In this document: in pieces, positions 47,534-59,480 of the stretch | Position numbering within the stretch: position 1 is the first letter of the stretch | Layout of the letters: the number at the start of each line of letters is the position of its first letter | Assembly (NCBI GenBank): GCA_963833425.1 | Contig: CAWHXP010000008.1 | Coordinates: 532,578 to 596,577 of the forward strand | Reading direction: 5' to 3' | Source of the DNA: an uncultured Methanosarcinaceae archaeon | Lineage (GTDB): Archaea > Halobacteriota > Methanosarcinia > Methanosarcinales > Methanosarcinaceae | DNA: 64,000 nucleotides | The notes under the pieces: model-generated | Database searches by the model: none | Told to the model about the DNA's origin: nothing | The model's input: only the letters and a program-made list of their open reading frames with translations | Program-made: the position numbers and the translations under genes

Positions 47534-48323
47534 GATCACCTCATAAATTATTTGCTGATATTGTTTAAGTTTTCTAATATATATACTTTTTCTGTAAGTG
47601 TTGTCGATAGTAATTGATTTATGAAAATTTTCCATTATATCATAAGGACACCAAAACCAAATTTATCATTTTGTTAACGAAGTATGGGGTCGATATAGTC
47701 TTCAGATGCTGACTTCAGAGCTTCCCCAGCCTTGAATATATTTTTAGTTCCTGCATAAGCTCGTTCTTCTGGAACATTTTTTGAGCAAAATCTCTTGTTT
47801 CTTGATATATCCCTTATGCGTTAGGACTTGTTCATTTGCTACGTTTTTCATTACAGTATTATGATTTTTTTTGTTTTATTTTTTGAGTTGACCAAAAAAT
47901 ATAGCCATACGCTGTAACACATGGAAATCTACTCAAAAAAGTGACTAGGTATTAATAATTTATCGACTAGAATAATTTTAAAAGTTTTTGCTCTAAAAAA
48001 TAAATATCAGCAAGTTTGCATTTTTATAAGAATGTGCATCAAAAAAGTTGAGCGGCAAATTAATGAATAGTATCTAGATCAATTTATGATAAATTCACTT
48101 TCTGACCTCTCTTTTTCGATTTAACTAAGTCATCCAAATCAATTTTCTCGTTGCTCATTTGTGATTCCATAATATACTTTAAAGCAACTTGCTGGTTTAA
48201 TACCTGTTAGTCAACTTAAAAACTAAAGAAATTACGAGAATTGATTAAAAAAGAGATACACCCTTTTATAATAATAAACTGTTATATAAGTATTTATTAA
48301 AATGGTTTCAGGAGGTTCATAAT

Positions 48324-48464
48324 TTGGCGACCAAGAAACAGAAAGCTGCAAAACAAGATCTGAAAGATAAAGTAACAAACGAAAGGATAAAACAACCAAT
48401 TGAGGAAGTTAAGGAATTGGATGATAAAACAAAGGGAAGAGATGATAAAAGAAAAAAGAAATAA
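48324..48464 (+). CDS. Small highly charged protein (46 aa), below the ORF-track cutoff
   Basis: TTATATAA box at about 48282, GGAGG RBS, TTG start, open frame MATKKQKAAKQDLK...RDDKRKKK. Confidence 0.65.
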   Translation: MATKKQKAAKQDLKDKVTNERIKQPIEEVKELDDKTKGRDDKRKKK

Positions 48465-49869
48465 AAAGGTAACTATTCAGCCTGGAGAAAATAAAATCAA
48501 TAACTATCTTTATTAAGATTAAATTAGCGAATTTCGATAAGCTGATTTTATTTCATTGTTAGCCACCAATCATACCACTACTTTTTTCATTAGTTAAAGA
48601 TAAATATATATCTACATCAAGATAAAAATCATTTAACGGATTTTTTGTAGGCTGAATTTTACAATATTTAAGCGACTAAATGCATAATTCTTCGATTTTT
48701 CTCTACACCGAATAAATCCTTCAAATCACTATCCGCGTATAGTGTTAATATTAGGATTTATCGCCTTTCTGATACTAGGTTTTCTCACAAAAATCTATAT
48801 ATCGAAAAATTGTACTTCAGCATAGTGATCACTAATTCTCAAACGCATAGGGATGTCAACTAAATTCAATCTATAACTGTCTCTTTTTATACATGCTACG
48901 ATACAGAATCATTCAGTATTCACAGAACTTTTAGACTTTCATGTAAAATCCTAAATTACATCTTTTAATGGAAGAAATATAATCGCATCGGTATTTTAAA
49001 ATAAAGAATTCATGGAATTTTTTTAATTTTGGAACTCTTTGATCTTTATCCATATAGAGATAGGTTTAGTTATTAAAAAGAAAGTAGAAATGAGCTCAAA
49101 ACCGTGAATGCGTGCAAGACGTCCAGGTTGAACTAAAATCAGTAGTATTAGAACTTCAAAATAAATCACAACGATTCAAATTCCTAAGTATACAAGCAAC
49201 CTGAACCCTAAAGTGAAACTGAAATTTTCTATGGTCTTTTGAAAAAAAATTAATGATAGAATTATGATATTAAGTGCAAATTGTTTAACGGATTCTGAAC
49301 CTACTTTTTCCTTCTTTTTATACATAAATGCCTGATGTATAGTGCATTTATAAATACAACAGGCAGGTGCTTTATCAAGGAATCATAACTTTTAACACAA
49401 AAAAATCACTTATTTGTCCACATTCAGCAATTTCACATCTTTTGGTAGAACTCAACTTTAACGAACTAAAAATTTCATCATCTTCTCCAGCTAAACATTT
49501 AGATAGTCTTTAATATGGCATTCTGAAATAGTGTATAAATAAATGTTTATGGATGTCTAAACCATAAACGTTATTCCACTATTTCGGACAATTTTATTCA
49601 CCAATTTATTATGTAGTGAATGGACTCAAAGTCATTTTTATACCCGTGATTGAAGTAATATTTTAGCCTATAGTTAAAATTTACTGATTATTTTTAGAAT
49701 TTTTTTAAAACAGAATGTAGAACAACTTTTCATTTCAAAGTAATGATGAGATCAATAATCAAAATAAATAAGATAGGAAGTATTTTTATTTTATTTGTGC
49801 TTTTTATTAGAACAATTTCATATCCATACTCAAATTTCTATCAATTTCACCCTTCTTTGCTGATTCTTT

Positions 49870-50640
49870 AAATGTTTGATCCTGCCCAATTTCTCATTAT
49901 GTTCTTGAAAGCCCTTACAGGTTAAAGTAACATGTTCGAGTGTTTATTTAATCCTCGCGTTCACTCTCTTCTAAAATCATAACCGCTTCAAGCAGCTTCT
50001 GAAAATGGAAAAGTAGGTTTCCTCCGTGAAGCCCTGTAAGCTTAGAGAGATTTGAAAAGGTTTTGCTTCCCCAGGAAAGCGCCTTGGGCTTCAAGTTTCG
50101 CTGCCTGTATCCTATTGGTTTTTATACTTCAGAAACTAGTCTTTTAAGCCCTATTTTACTTTTATCATAGCTCTGATACTTTCATACCGATTGTCATAAA
50201 TTTGAAGGGAACACATGATTTTGAGTTGTTTTTCAAAAAGATTTGTAGCTTCTGAAGACGTCTGCTGCAATTAGTATTTTTGACTCCTTTTTTAACTCCT
50301 CTAGCCTATCCCCTATAAAGCTATAAAGTCTCAGTTTCGATCCTATTCCTGCAAATAAATATCGCGGCCTTTCACAAAATATCCAGACTGGTTTTCTCAT
50401 AGAACTCTCGCGTCCTGCAATCCTCTGCCTTCTAGTGTGCATCTTCTCGCTTGTGTCCTCACTGGGGTAGTTCACCACAGGTTTCGTGAAGTTCTTCTTC
50501 ATCCCCCAAGCATTATGTCGATATGTTGCTGGTTTGTTCTCTGGAAAAACCGCGAGAATCCATTATTTAATGACGCGACCCCTTCCTTATTTATAGCAGT
50601 TCCTCCAATGATAAATTTCAGCTTATTTGTGCTTTTTCTC
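49870..50640 (-). pseudogene. Winged helix-turn-helix (ArsR-like) transcriptional regulator, decayed; boundaries approximate
   Basis: Fragments KKNFTKPVVNY..EDTSEKMHTR, DRLEELKKE and SKTFSNLSKLTGLHGGNLLFHFQKLLE. Confidence 0.75.
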
Positions 50641-51469
50641 AACTCTTATCTGTCTCACCAAGTTTTCAATAACTGGATTGTATGCAATTAAAATTTTGTG
50701 ACTCCGTTGAGATGTTATCTAAATTGAAGTTATCAAATTTATTTGATAACGGAATCTAACGCTTTAATTTCGATCATCATTTTTTAAAATACTAGAATTC
50801 AAAGGATTTATACAGAGATAATAATTTCAATTAGAGGTTTTTAGTCAAAAATACAATGACAGTACGAGCACTTTGATAAATTTGATATTGGACTATATTT
50901 TCTAAAGCACATTAAACAAGTTGTTGAGATCGTAGTTTATCGAAATTATCTATGTCCTAACAGTGGAAATAACACCTCGAAATTTTAAATAGTTCCGAGT
51001 TTCATCAAGTCCGAACCATTTCGACAAATTAGAAGAATATAATAAAAATTATTCAAAGTGAAGAAGTCGTTGATTGTGACAACGAAAAATGATTCTACTT
51101 CTGGTGTCCATATAGCCAGCTTGCTGTCTTATCTTCTTAATTATTATAGTTTCGTAGATATAATAATTTTATCTGATAGAGCATGCTGCAGCTATTAGAG
51201 GTTTTAATGATTGATTTCAGTCGGATACCTACAGCTAGTGCAGGATGGAAACTTTCTCGAAAACAGGTAGCTACTAAATGGACTATTTTCAAAGCTAGTT
51301 TTGCATCATAGAATCGAAATAAGCGATATAAGATCATCGTCTCTGTAAAAATAAGATATTAAATGATTTTTTTGTTGTATGAAGCATCGTAAAAAATTTA
51401 TTTAGACAACGAAATTAATCTTAACTCACTGAAGAAATTTACCGATTTCCATATTGATTACAGATTAAT

Positions 51470-52396
51470 TTAACTCTCATTCCCGTATTGTTCCCGGATT
51501 TCAGACTCTTTGAGAACCCTAATTCCTAGTTTTTTCAAAATTGCAGAAATTCTATTTTTGTCTCCACTCTTCATGGATTTTCGATCAAAATAAGCAAAAT
51601 CAGCATCTGATTTATCAACAGCCTGTAAGATCAGAGGTTCATCCACTAAATTCAGCTGATACTTGGGAAAGTTATGCCCAAAGGAGACGGCGGTTTCAAG
51701 CAAAATTCTTGTTTGGCGCATAGCATAATGTCCGCCTCCAAAACCTAAAGCGACTGGTACTTTTTCAAGAGAAACTGCAAGGATAGCTTTTGCAGCAACC
51801 TCTCCTGCATCCGTGTCTTTCCATTTACTTTCGGTACTTCCGATTTCAGCATATAGAGAAGGAACTGAGAGTTCTGTGGGACCGTGATGTGTTACTTCGA
51901 GGGTAATATCGTAATTCAAGCCTTTTTTTTCCGCTAGATATTTCATTCCCTGAAGTATGGATTTCATTGCAGCCGGAGAGGAAACTGCGAGTTCTTTAGG
52001 TCTGCCCCCGAGTCTTGCCTCATTGGAAAGATTTCCGGTGCAATGCACGGTAAGGGAATTGATTTCCTCCTTACTACTGTGTTTGGATGCAAAAATTATA
52101 AGGGAAGCTGGCAGCTCTGCAGCTTCCAGTTTCGCATCGAGACCATCCTGAAAAACGTGAATTTTTTCAATTTCTACGAGCCTGAATTTTCCATCAGCAG
52201 ATTCCCAGACTGCAGAGAATTCAAATTTATCAGGAATTTCGATATGCACCCACTTACTAAGATTTAAAAGGTGGTTTTTGATATTCTGGCTAGCGAGGTC
52301 CGGGACAGAGCAAATTATCGTTATTTTAGGAATTGGATGTCCGTAGAAGTTTTTTTCCTGATCACTAAGGTCTTCTGGATTGCTGTTATCTATCAT
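51470..52396 (-). CDS. dtdA: D-aminoacyl-tRNA deacylase (archaeal DtdA/GEK1 type)
   Basis: FASKHSS, LTVHCTGN, EVTHHGP, EIGSTE and GFGGGHY. Confidence 0.95.
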   Translation of the reverse strand: MIDNSNPEDLSDQEKNFYGHPIPKITIICSVPDLASQNIKNHLLNLSKWVHIEIPDKFEFSAVWESADGKFRLVEIEKIHVFQDGLDAKLEAAELPASLIIFASKHSSKEEINSLTVHCTGNLSNEARLGGRPKELAVSSPAAMKSILQGMKYLAEKKGLNYDITLEVTHHGPTELSVPSLYAEIGSTESKWKDTDAGEVAAKAILAVSLEKVPVALGFGGGHYAMRQTRILLETAVSFGHNFPKYQLNLVDEPLILQAVDKSDADFAYFDRKSMKSGDKNRISAILKKLGIRVLKESEIREQYGNES

Positions 52397-52737
52397 TTTT
52401 GATCAATCCGAGTATTATTACTTCAATGCACCTATAAATTTCGTTAAAATAGATAAAACCAACCCAAAATCGTATCCTTGAGTTCAAAGTTTTGAGGAGT
52501 CAAAGAGGAGATACCCCTGAAAGGCTAAAAGTCAAAGTAAAAGCAAACCAAGAAACAGTTTCAGTCTAAGAAAGCATGAGCCAAAAGAATAAAAGCCTTA
52601 AAATTAAGAAGTACATTACTCAAAATACCTAAAGAAAATATTTTTTTGGCAAACCCCTACTACGCAATTAGCAGGAATCTGTGGTTTTACTGCCCAAAAA
52701 AAGAAAAAAATGATTTTATAGTGCTGAAATATTAATA

Positions 52738-54258
52738 TCAGCCAATATGGATATAAGCATCCACAAGTTTTTTGATTTCTTCGTTCTTGCCGTAAAGCCT
52801 CTCGCTGAGCTGGTAGTCATCAAAGACTTCAAGTCCCTTCACAACGTCGCTGATCATGCCTTCGGTGAAAACATCGTACTGCGTGAAAATGCTTTTCTGT
52901 TTCTTCAGTGCCTGAGCGGACTCGTAACAGGAAGCAGGAAGGTGTTCAAGCTGTGCAAGCCTATCCTTATGTTCATCATTAAAGATATTCACGTCGATAT
53001 AAAGCTTGTCTGCAAGTTCCAGGGCGTTGTTAATCTCAAATCCATGGCGAACACCTACAGCAAAAGCTGCAAACAATAGATAGAGATCAGCTGTGCTGTC
53101 TGAAGCACGGTATTCGAAGGTCGACTTGTAACTGTGGCTCTTTAGATCCTCTTTATAACTCGGATTGGCGATAGTTACCATTTTGCTGGACTCGTCGGAG
53201 AACCAGCCAAGAGGTACACGGATTAGAGCAGAACGATTTCTGTCTCCCCAACAGATGTTGGTAGGAGCTTCCTGGTGTGGAACAAGACGCAAATAGGAAG
53301 TTGGGATCTTGTTTCCAAAAGCAGTTATGGCTGCTGAAATGTCTAGAAGACCGACCATTGCGCGCTTCGCAATGTCACTAACATCTCCGTTCTCGACCAT
53401 TACGCTCTTCCCGTCTTTCAGAAGCTTCATATGGATGTGCAGCCCGCTACCTGCTTTCCCTACAGTGATCTTCGGTGCAAAGCTGACAACGACTCCGTAT
53501 TGATCGGCAAGCATCCGGAGCATCCATTTCGCAATAAGAAGCTTGTCGGCACTGTTTTCTAAAGTATCTGTTTCGAATTCGATTTCATTCTGCTCGTAAT
53601 AGTACTTGTCGTCAGAGAAGTTCCCGACTTCAGAGTGTCCGTACTTGATTTTCCCGCCAGCTTCGGAGATGTACATCATTGCTTCCTTCCTAAGCTGATC
53701 GAATTTAGTGAATGGATTACATTCATGGTATCCCCTCTGGTCAACCGCTGGGAAACTCATGTTGACTTCATCTTTGTTAGCGATGATGTAGTATTCAAGT
53801 TCTCCCATCAACTGAAGTTCATAGCCTGTCTTCTGAGCCAGGGTCTGAGCAGCCTTCTTCATGACTGTTTCAGAAGCGCTTTTTAGGGGGGTACCATCTT
53901 TGTCGAAGTATGAACAGAGAATGTCCAGGGTGGGAATTTCTTCAAAAGGATTTACGAAAGCTGTCCTATACTTAGGGAGGACGTAAAGGTCGCTTGAAGA
54001 CGCCTCAATATATGTAAAAATGCTTGATCCATCTACTCTTTCCCCAGCGGAAAGCAAGTTGTCAAGATGTTCTTCGTCTCTTATAACGAATGCGAGGGAT
54101 TTAAGCCTCCCATCCCCACCAACATAACGAAAAGTCAGCATCTTAATGCCGTTTTCCTTGATAAACTTCATGATGTCTTCTTTGGTGAATTCGCTTGCTG
54201 GTTTGTTGAGGTACTGTACCAGTTTGTTCGGATTCAGTTCTACACTTGATGGTTTCAT
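52738..54258 (-). CDS. glnA: Glutamine synthetase family protein (GlnA2-like, 506 aa)
   Basis: DGSS, GELEYY, HSEVG, APK...AGSGLHIH, SYLRLVPHQEAP, WGDRNRSALIRVP and FEYR. Confidence 0.93.
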   Translation of the reverse strand: MKPSSVELNPNKLVQYLNKPASEFTKEDIMKFIKENGIKMLTFRYVGGDGRLKSLAFVIRDEEHLDNLLSAGERVDGSSIFTYIEASSSDLYVLPKYRTAFVNPFEEIPTLDILCSYFDKDGTPLKSASETVMKKAAQTLAQKTGYELQLMGELEYYIIANKDEVNMSFPAVDQRGYHECNPFTKFDQLRKEAMMYISEAGGKIKYGHSEVGNFSDDKYYYEQNEIEFETDTLENSADKLLIAKWMLRMLADQYGVVVSFAPKITVGKAGSGLHIHMKLLKDGKSVMVENGDVSDIAKRAMVGLLDISAAITAFGNKIPTSYLRLVPHQEAPTNICWGDRNRSALIRVPLGWFSDESSKMVTIANPSYKEDLKSHSYKSTFEYRASDSTADLYLLFAAFAVGVRHGFEINNALELADKLYIDVNIFNDEHKDRLAQLEHLPASCYESAQALKKQKSIFTQYDVFTEGMISDVVKGLEVFDDYQLSERLYGKNEEIKKLVDAYIHIG

Positions 54259-55504
54259 AGTTGTCCCTTCTTTTTAACTGGAATATTATAGGTACTCAGA
54301 GAATTTCCTTTAAATACCGAATATTCCCAGGCTTGCTGATTGCCACATTATCATAATTTTGTGAATTCTTGCCTGATAGGAAAGTGATAACTCACTGCTA
54401 TCTATATAATCTTTTCCTTTTTTTATTCATTTAAACAAATATTGTGAATCAAAAAGCAGCACATGTTTTTTTAGCACATGCTTTTCTGCTCATGGCATCG
54501 GAATATGCAAATAAGCATTTTTTTCAATAAAAAATTTGCTAATTTTTCCCATACGAGGATTTCGACTGAATATATTATTCTCACGAGGCATTTGTCAATA
54601 ATTAAGGCATACAACAAAAATTTAAGCACATAACAAGATGTGAGGCTCATTAAAATTTAAATGGAATTCTTGAGCTATTTGACTTATAGGGTGTTTTTTC
54701 AACTTGAAATCATATTTCCAGCCCTGAATACAACTAAAAATTCCGTCATTAATACAGAGTCTTTCGATGGACTGTATTTAGATACTGGTGAAGTTAAATG
54801 GATAAAGGAATTGCGGCACTCAAACAAGAAAGTGAATATGATCTTTTGAGCATTTCATATATTCTTAAAATAACAGGTGAAGATAAGTTACCATCACCGA
54901 CAATTGGGTCAAACCCGTGGTTTTAAATATCTCAACCATGATAAAAAAGGATTAATCTTTGAAAATAAATTGTGGGAACGTCGTGATTCTGAATTGCTCA
55001 AAAATGGAGCCCTTGAATTAAAGTATTTTTTAAATGTTTGCTATTCTGGCGGATTTTCTCCAAAACTTTAGGAAAGTATAACGTTTTTATTTAACTGAAT
55101 ATCTAGCTCATTGCAAATGGTACATAAAAACAAGCGCTCATTCTACAAAAATCAATATTAAGTCTTGCACAAGCGCGATAATGAAGTAGGGGGAAAAAAA
55201 TCCTTTGATGGAACAAAACTGAAACGAGTAGAAAGTATGTTCAGAATATCCCTAGCTCTTTGGCCATATTTAACTACTCTGTAGAAGCAGCAGTTACTGC
55301 ATCAAAGCTAGATTCCTCCGAAGCAGCAATTCGGGATATTTATCTCTATATCCAAGAAAACCTTATGGTTCCCATTTTTAACTAGGAATAGCAAACCGCT
55401 TTCATATCTCAAATTTCATACATTTAAAAAAAGAACTTTTTTTACAGCTGAAAAGGTAATGGCACAATTGTTTCGAAGAATGAAAAACTCAGATACAGAA
55501 ATCT

Positions 55505-55566
55505 TGGAACACTTTTACCTAAGTGGGATGTAAGAGTCCATCATCCCAATTTAGATAGGGGTTCCA
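55505..55566. repeat. Imperfect long palindrome/hairpin
   Basis: tggaacacttttacctaagtgggatg pairs imperfectly with catcccaatttagataggggttcca. Confidence 0.6.
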
Positions 55567-55941
55567 GTTTGTTAGATTACATCTAGATCACATTCAGAAA
55601 GTTGAAAAATTTATCCTAAAAAATAAAAAAATAGTTATTTTCTCTATTTTACTTTCCAGTTCCCTCGTTCAATCCGTATTATTTCAACAAATTTCTTGGT
55701 TTTTGAATACATACTTGACAGTGCCACAGTCTAGTCATCCAGAAAAAAATATCAATAACTCCAAATGACTGAAAAGAAGAAATCGAAGGACAGTTGCAAT
55801 GCTAACTTAGTTGTCTCGGTTTAAAAAATAAAAAAGGAAATTATTAGGACGCTACTTTTATCCATTCAAATCCTTAACATACAAAAACTGATAAACCTCG
55901 AGAAAATAAGGCATAACAAGGATAATTAGAGATAATTATAG

Positions 55942-55985
55942 ACAGAAACTTAGAGAAAAAAGATACAGAAACTTAGAGAAAAAAA
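55942..55985. repeat. Tandem duplication of about 23 bp
   Basis: acagaaacttagagaaaaaa occurs twice. Confidence 0.75.
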
Positions 55986-56737
55986 GTAGTGAGTCGTACT
56001 TTTGATATAAACTTCATGGGAATAATTGACGGAGATAATGAGATGGTTCGAAGATTCAAAACAACAATTTAATCACGTCATGATTCTTAGATCAAGTTAT
56101 CAGAAAAAATGAAGTAATTCACAGAGGCATAGGTACTAAGCAAAATCAAAATTTAATGACTTAATGCTAAAAAGGGCAGAAAACGATAATGCTAAAAAGG
56201 ACAATAAACGAACATTTTCTTGCGATAGGGAATATTTTAATGATAGTGAAAGGTAGCTTTAAAATCAGAGAATAATTAACCATAAACGAAAAAAATCAGG
56301 ACAACTATAAAAATTAGCGGTAAAGATTTGTACAGTGTTCAGTCGAAGAAAAATAGAACTCTTCGGTTCATTATAAATGATTTAACTAAACTCCTTAATT
56401 TCGTAATATGCTTGCAAATTATTTATAAATAAATTAATAAAGTTAGTGCCTATCTGAATATTTTATAAAGTGATACTCTAATTGCCGATAATGAGAAACC
56501 TGAAACTAAGAAATTATTAGAAATATAATTTTATAAAAGTAAACTAGATGCCAAACCAATCGTTATCTAAAATAGTAAATGATAAAATCGCACGATTCAA
56601 ATATATGTACTAATATTGGTAATTTTTGACAGAATTGCCTTTATCTATGAAAAAATTTGTGAATGATCGTTAGTAAATGTTTGATTAAAGTTGATTATTC
56701 AGATTTATTCAAGACTCTACTTATGGAAGTTGGAAGT

Positions 56738-57931
56738 ATGAACAATAAAATAATTGCATTTGATTTCCTTAGGGCTTTAGCAATAATTATGATTATTCCA
56801 GCTCATCTGAGCAACTTCTTATTTTCTATTTATAGTAAGCTAGGACTTTATGCCTTTGATCCATATTTCGCAAATATGGGTTTAGGGTTATTTATTTTTA
56901 TTAGTGGATATTTGTTATATTATAACAATCATTCTATAAATTCATTACAAAATTTATTATCCTTCTATAAAAAAAGACTTTTAAGAATTTATCCTCTTTA
57001 CTGGGCAGCTCTCGCAGCTTATATAGTTGTGTTCTTGGTATTTGCTCAAAAACTAAATACTGGTTTTGTATTTCCCCATGCCCATAGTGCATTTGGTTAT
57101 TTTAATATTTTGATACATATTTTGGGATTACAAATTTTTCTCGCTCCAGCTTACGCTTCTCCAATGTTAACCTTATATTTTATCGGTCTAATTATTGCAT
57201 TCTACACACTTTATCCCTTCATGATTATGTTTTCAAAAGATACAAAATATATTCTACTTACTTCATTTATTATATTTGTAGTTTTTTTATCAATCTCAAG
57301 GACTTTCAGCGTCATAGATCATCGTTTTTTTATGTTTTTCTCAATATTTGTGTTTGGTATCCTCACCTGTAAAGAGAGCCTATTTGAAAAATTCGAGATA
57401 AAAATCGTGACAAAACCCTTTATTCAGATCATACTGGCAGTTCTTCCGGTTATATTTGTATTGATTATTGTTTTAGAGTCAAGATTGCTATTGTTTTTAG
57501 ATCCAAAAGTTTATTTTGCAATTGACTCCGTAGGCAGCGGTACAATAGGATCTTCAATGATCAAATCGATGTTGAATAATTGGGCAGATTTATTAAATCT
57601 GAACTACTCAACGTTACAATTCATCATTGATACATTATTTCTAAATATTTTTGTAATAATCTTCTGTATCTTTGAATACAGGTTTACAATGAAATTTATC
57701 AATGATAAATTTTCAAGTTCGTTGAGCTCTATCTTTACTTATATGGCTACATCCTCTTATTGTGTTTACCTATTCCACCGGCCATTTTTTGCTCTGTGGA
57801 ATTCCGGAACAAACTTCATACACAATTCTATTTTGCACGATATTGTCATAATATTTGTAGCGCTACCTCTCCTTTTTTATGTTTCATATAATATACAAAT
57901 ATTTGAATCAAATTTAAGAAAATATTTCTAA
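56738..57931 (+). CDS. Acyltransferase-3 family membrane protein
   Basis: MNNKIIAFDFLRALAI..H, FIFISGY, FYKKRLLRIYPLY and SYCVYLFH; start placed at ATG 56738. Confidence 0.9.
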   Translation: MNNKIIAFDFLRALAIIMIIPAHLSNFLFSIYSKLGLYAFDPYFANMGLGLFIFISGYLLYYNNHSINSLQNLLSFYKKRLLRIYPLYWAALAAYIVVFLVFAQKLNTGFVFPHAHSAFGYFNILIHILGLQIFLAPAYASPMLTLYFIGLIIAFYTLYPFMIMFSKDTKYILLTSFIIFVVFLSISRTFSVIDHRFFMFFSIFVFGILTCKESLFEKFEIKIVTKPFIQIILAVLPVIFVLIIVLESRLLLFLDPKVYFAIDSVGSGTIGSSMIKSMLNNWADLLNLNYSTLQFIIDTLFLNIFVIIFCIFEYRFTMKFINDKFSSSLSSIFTYMATSSYCVYLFHRPFFALWNSGTNFIHNSILHDIVIIFVALPLLFYVSYNIQIFESNLRKYF

Positions 57932-58659
57932 TATAAAAAAATTACTGGCAGAGACATTTTCTTCAGCGGTTCCACTAATAGCGAGGCAAGAAGGCAACAA
58001 TTCAAATTAGTTTAACGTGGTCAACTCAATAATTAGCCAGAACTTACTCAAAATATAAATATTATAATTTTTGCATCTGCTCCATTCTTCTGTTTTAATT
58101 TCACAATTCAAACCATATCTTTTTTTAATTTTCAATATCGGTTCTTAGCCACTTAGAATGAGTAATTTATTATCCTTAGCTTGATAGTAAAAACGTTATC
58201 CGAAATGTAAACCTGTTCTTCTCGTTAAAAAAATCATTTTAAAGCATTCAAAAATTTAATCAAAAATTTATATAAATTTGTCGCTTTCCACCCTTCATAC
58301 AAAAAAAAAAAATATTAGTAGCAAATTTGGTTCTATTTTAGAATTTTTGTTGCCAAATTTTTCACACGATATTAAGTATCTTTTCGGCATCCACATCAAC
58401 TGCCAAATTCAGTATCAAAAATCCGATCAGAATTAGTAGCTATTCATACTGAGCTAAACAAAAATTATAGCTTCCTTTACTAGAATTCATTGAGCAAATT
58501 TTTAGGTTTCATTTTATATAATTGTCGGTTATTTATTATGTATTTATTCCGTTCAACATCAAGCGGATTGTACCTGGATGAAAACTTCCATATGAATTAT
58601 AATTGACTAACTTATTGATATTTTCACCTACTTTTGCACTATAAAACGGGACTACGTAA

Positions 58660-59155
58660 AGACTGGACTACCTAATGCAAATTATTTTGTCTACAAAATA
58701 AGAGATTATACAGTTTTTGTGTATGAAGTACAATATTAAATTTTTTCAGGCAATTCTGTCCCCGACTATTTGAGAAATATCTGATTTGAAATTGGTAAAA
58801 GTTTTTGTTTTGGGTTTGATACACTAGGTACTGATTGTTAGAATACACACCTTTTCATCGATGGTTACTCAATATTCTTCTCGAAGATTATATAAATTAT
58901 AAAATATATCATATAAAAAAGTCTTTGAAAAATACTCGCATTAAAAATCATTTAGTATGGTGAAATGGTTGTTTGATGAAGTTATAGTGGAACTGGGATG
59001 ATGGTGCGATTTTCAGTGTAATTAAAAAACTTTGTTGAAGCAGGGGAATCAATGAGAAAATGAAGTACATAAGCAAGTTAAAATATTTATTTGTGAATAA
59101 TTCCTTTGCGTCCAAGCTGTGGCTCTAACATACCAAATTGCTTGCAGCAGGGTAC
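58660..59155 (+). mobile_element. Heavily decayed IS200-family element (tnpA relic plus right-end hairpin)
   Basis: Relic fragments NANYFVYKIR, FEIGKSFCFGFDTLGTD and IKNHL; terminal ataccaaattgcttgcagcagggta. Confidence 0.7.
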
Positions 59156-59412
59156 AACGAAACAACAGTTAGCCTCTTCTGAATTGTATAAATGGTTTCT
59201 AAATTGACGAGATTACGAAATATTAGGGTAGATTTTACATTTTTATAATATAAGAACATTGTTTTAGATTTATTCGAAAAAGCTATTGAAAAGCTCCAAC
59301 CGTTTTTGTACAGATATCTACATGGTACAATCTATTTTATCAACACGAAAGTAATTTAGAAATTGATCTAACTTTAGACTGATAATAGCGAGTAAATCGG
59401 CAACAAATTCTA

Positions 59413-59446
59413 TGAATATGTACATCTTTGAATATGTACATCTTTG
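59413..59446. repeat. Perfect 16-bp tandem duplication upstream of thiM
   Basis: tgaatatgtacatctt occurs twice; each unit contains the palindrome ATGTACAT. Confidence 0.85.
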
Positions 59447-59480
59447 GAATGTCAGATTAAAGCATTTATGGAGAATAGTA

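Noticed and set aside
54640..55480. Short plus-strand ORFs upstream of glnA
   Set aside because: They look like pieces of a decayed gene, but I could not identify the family.
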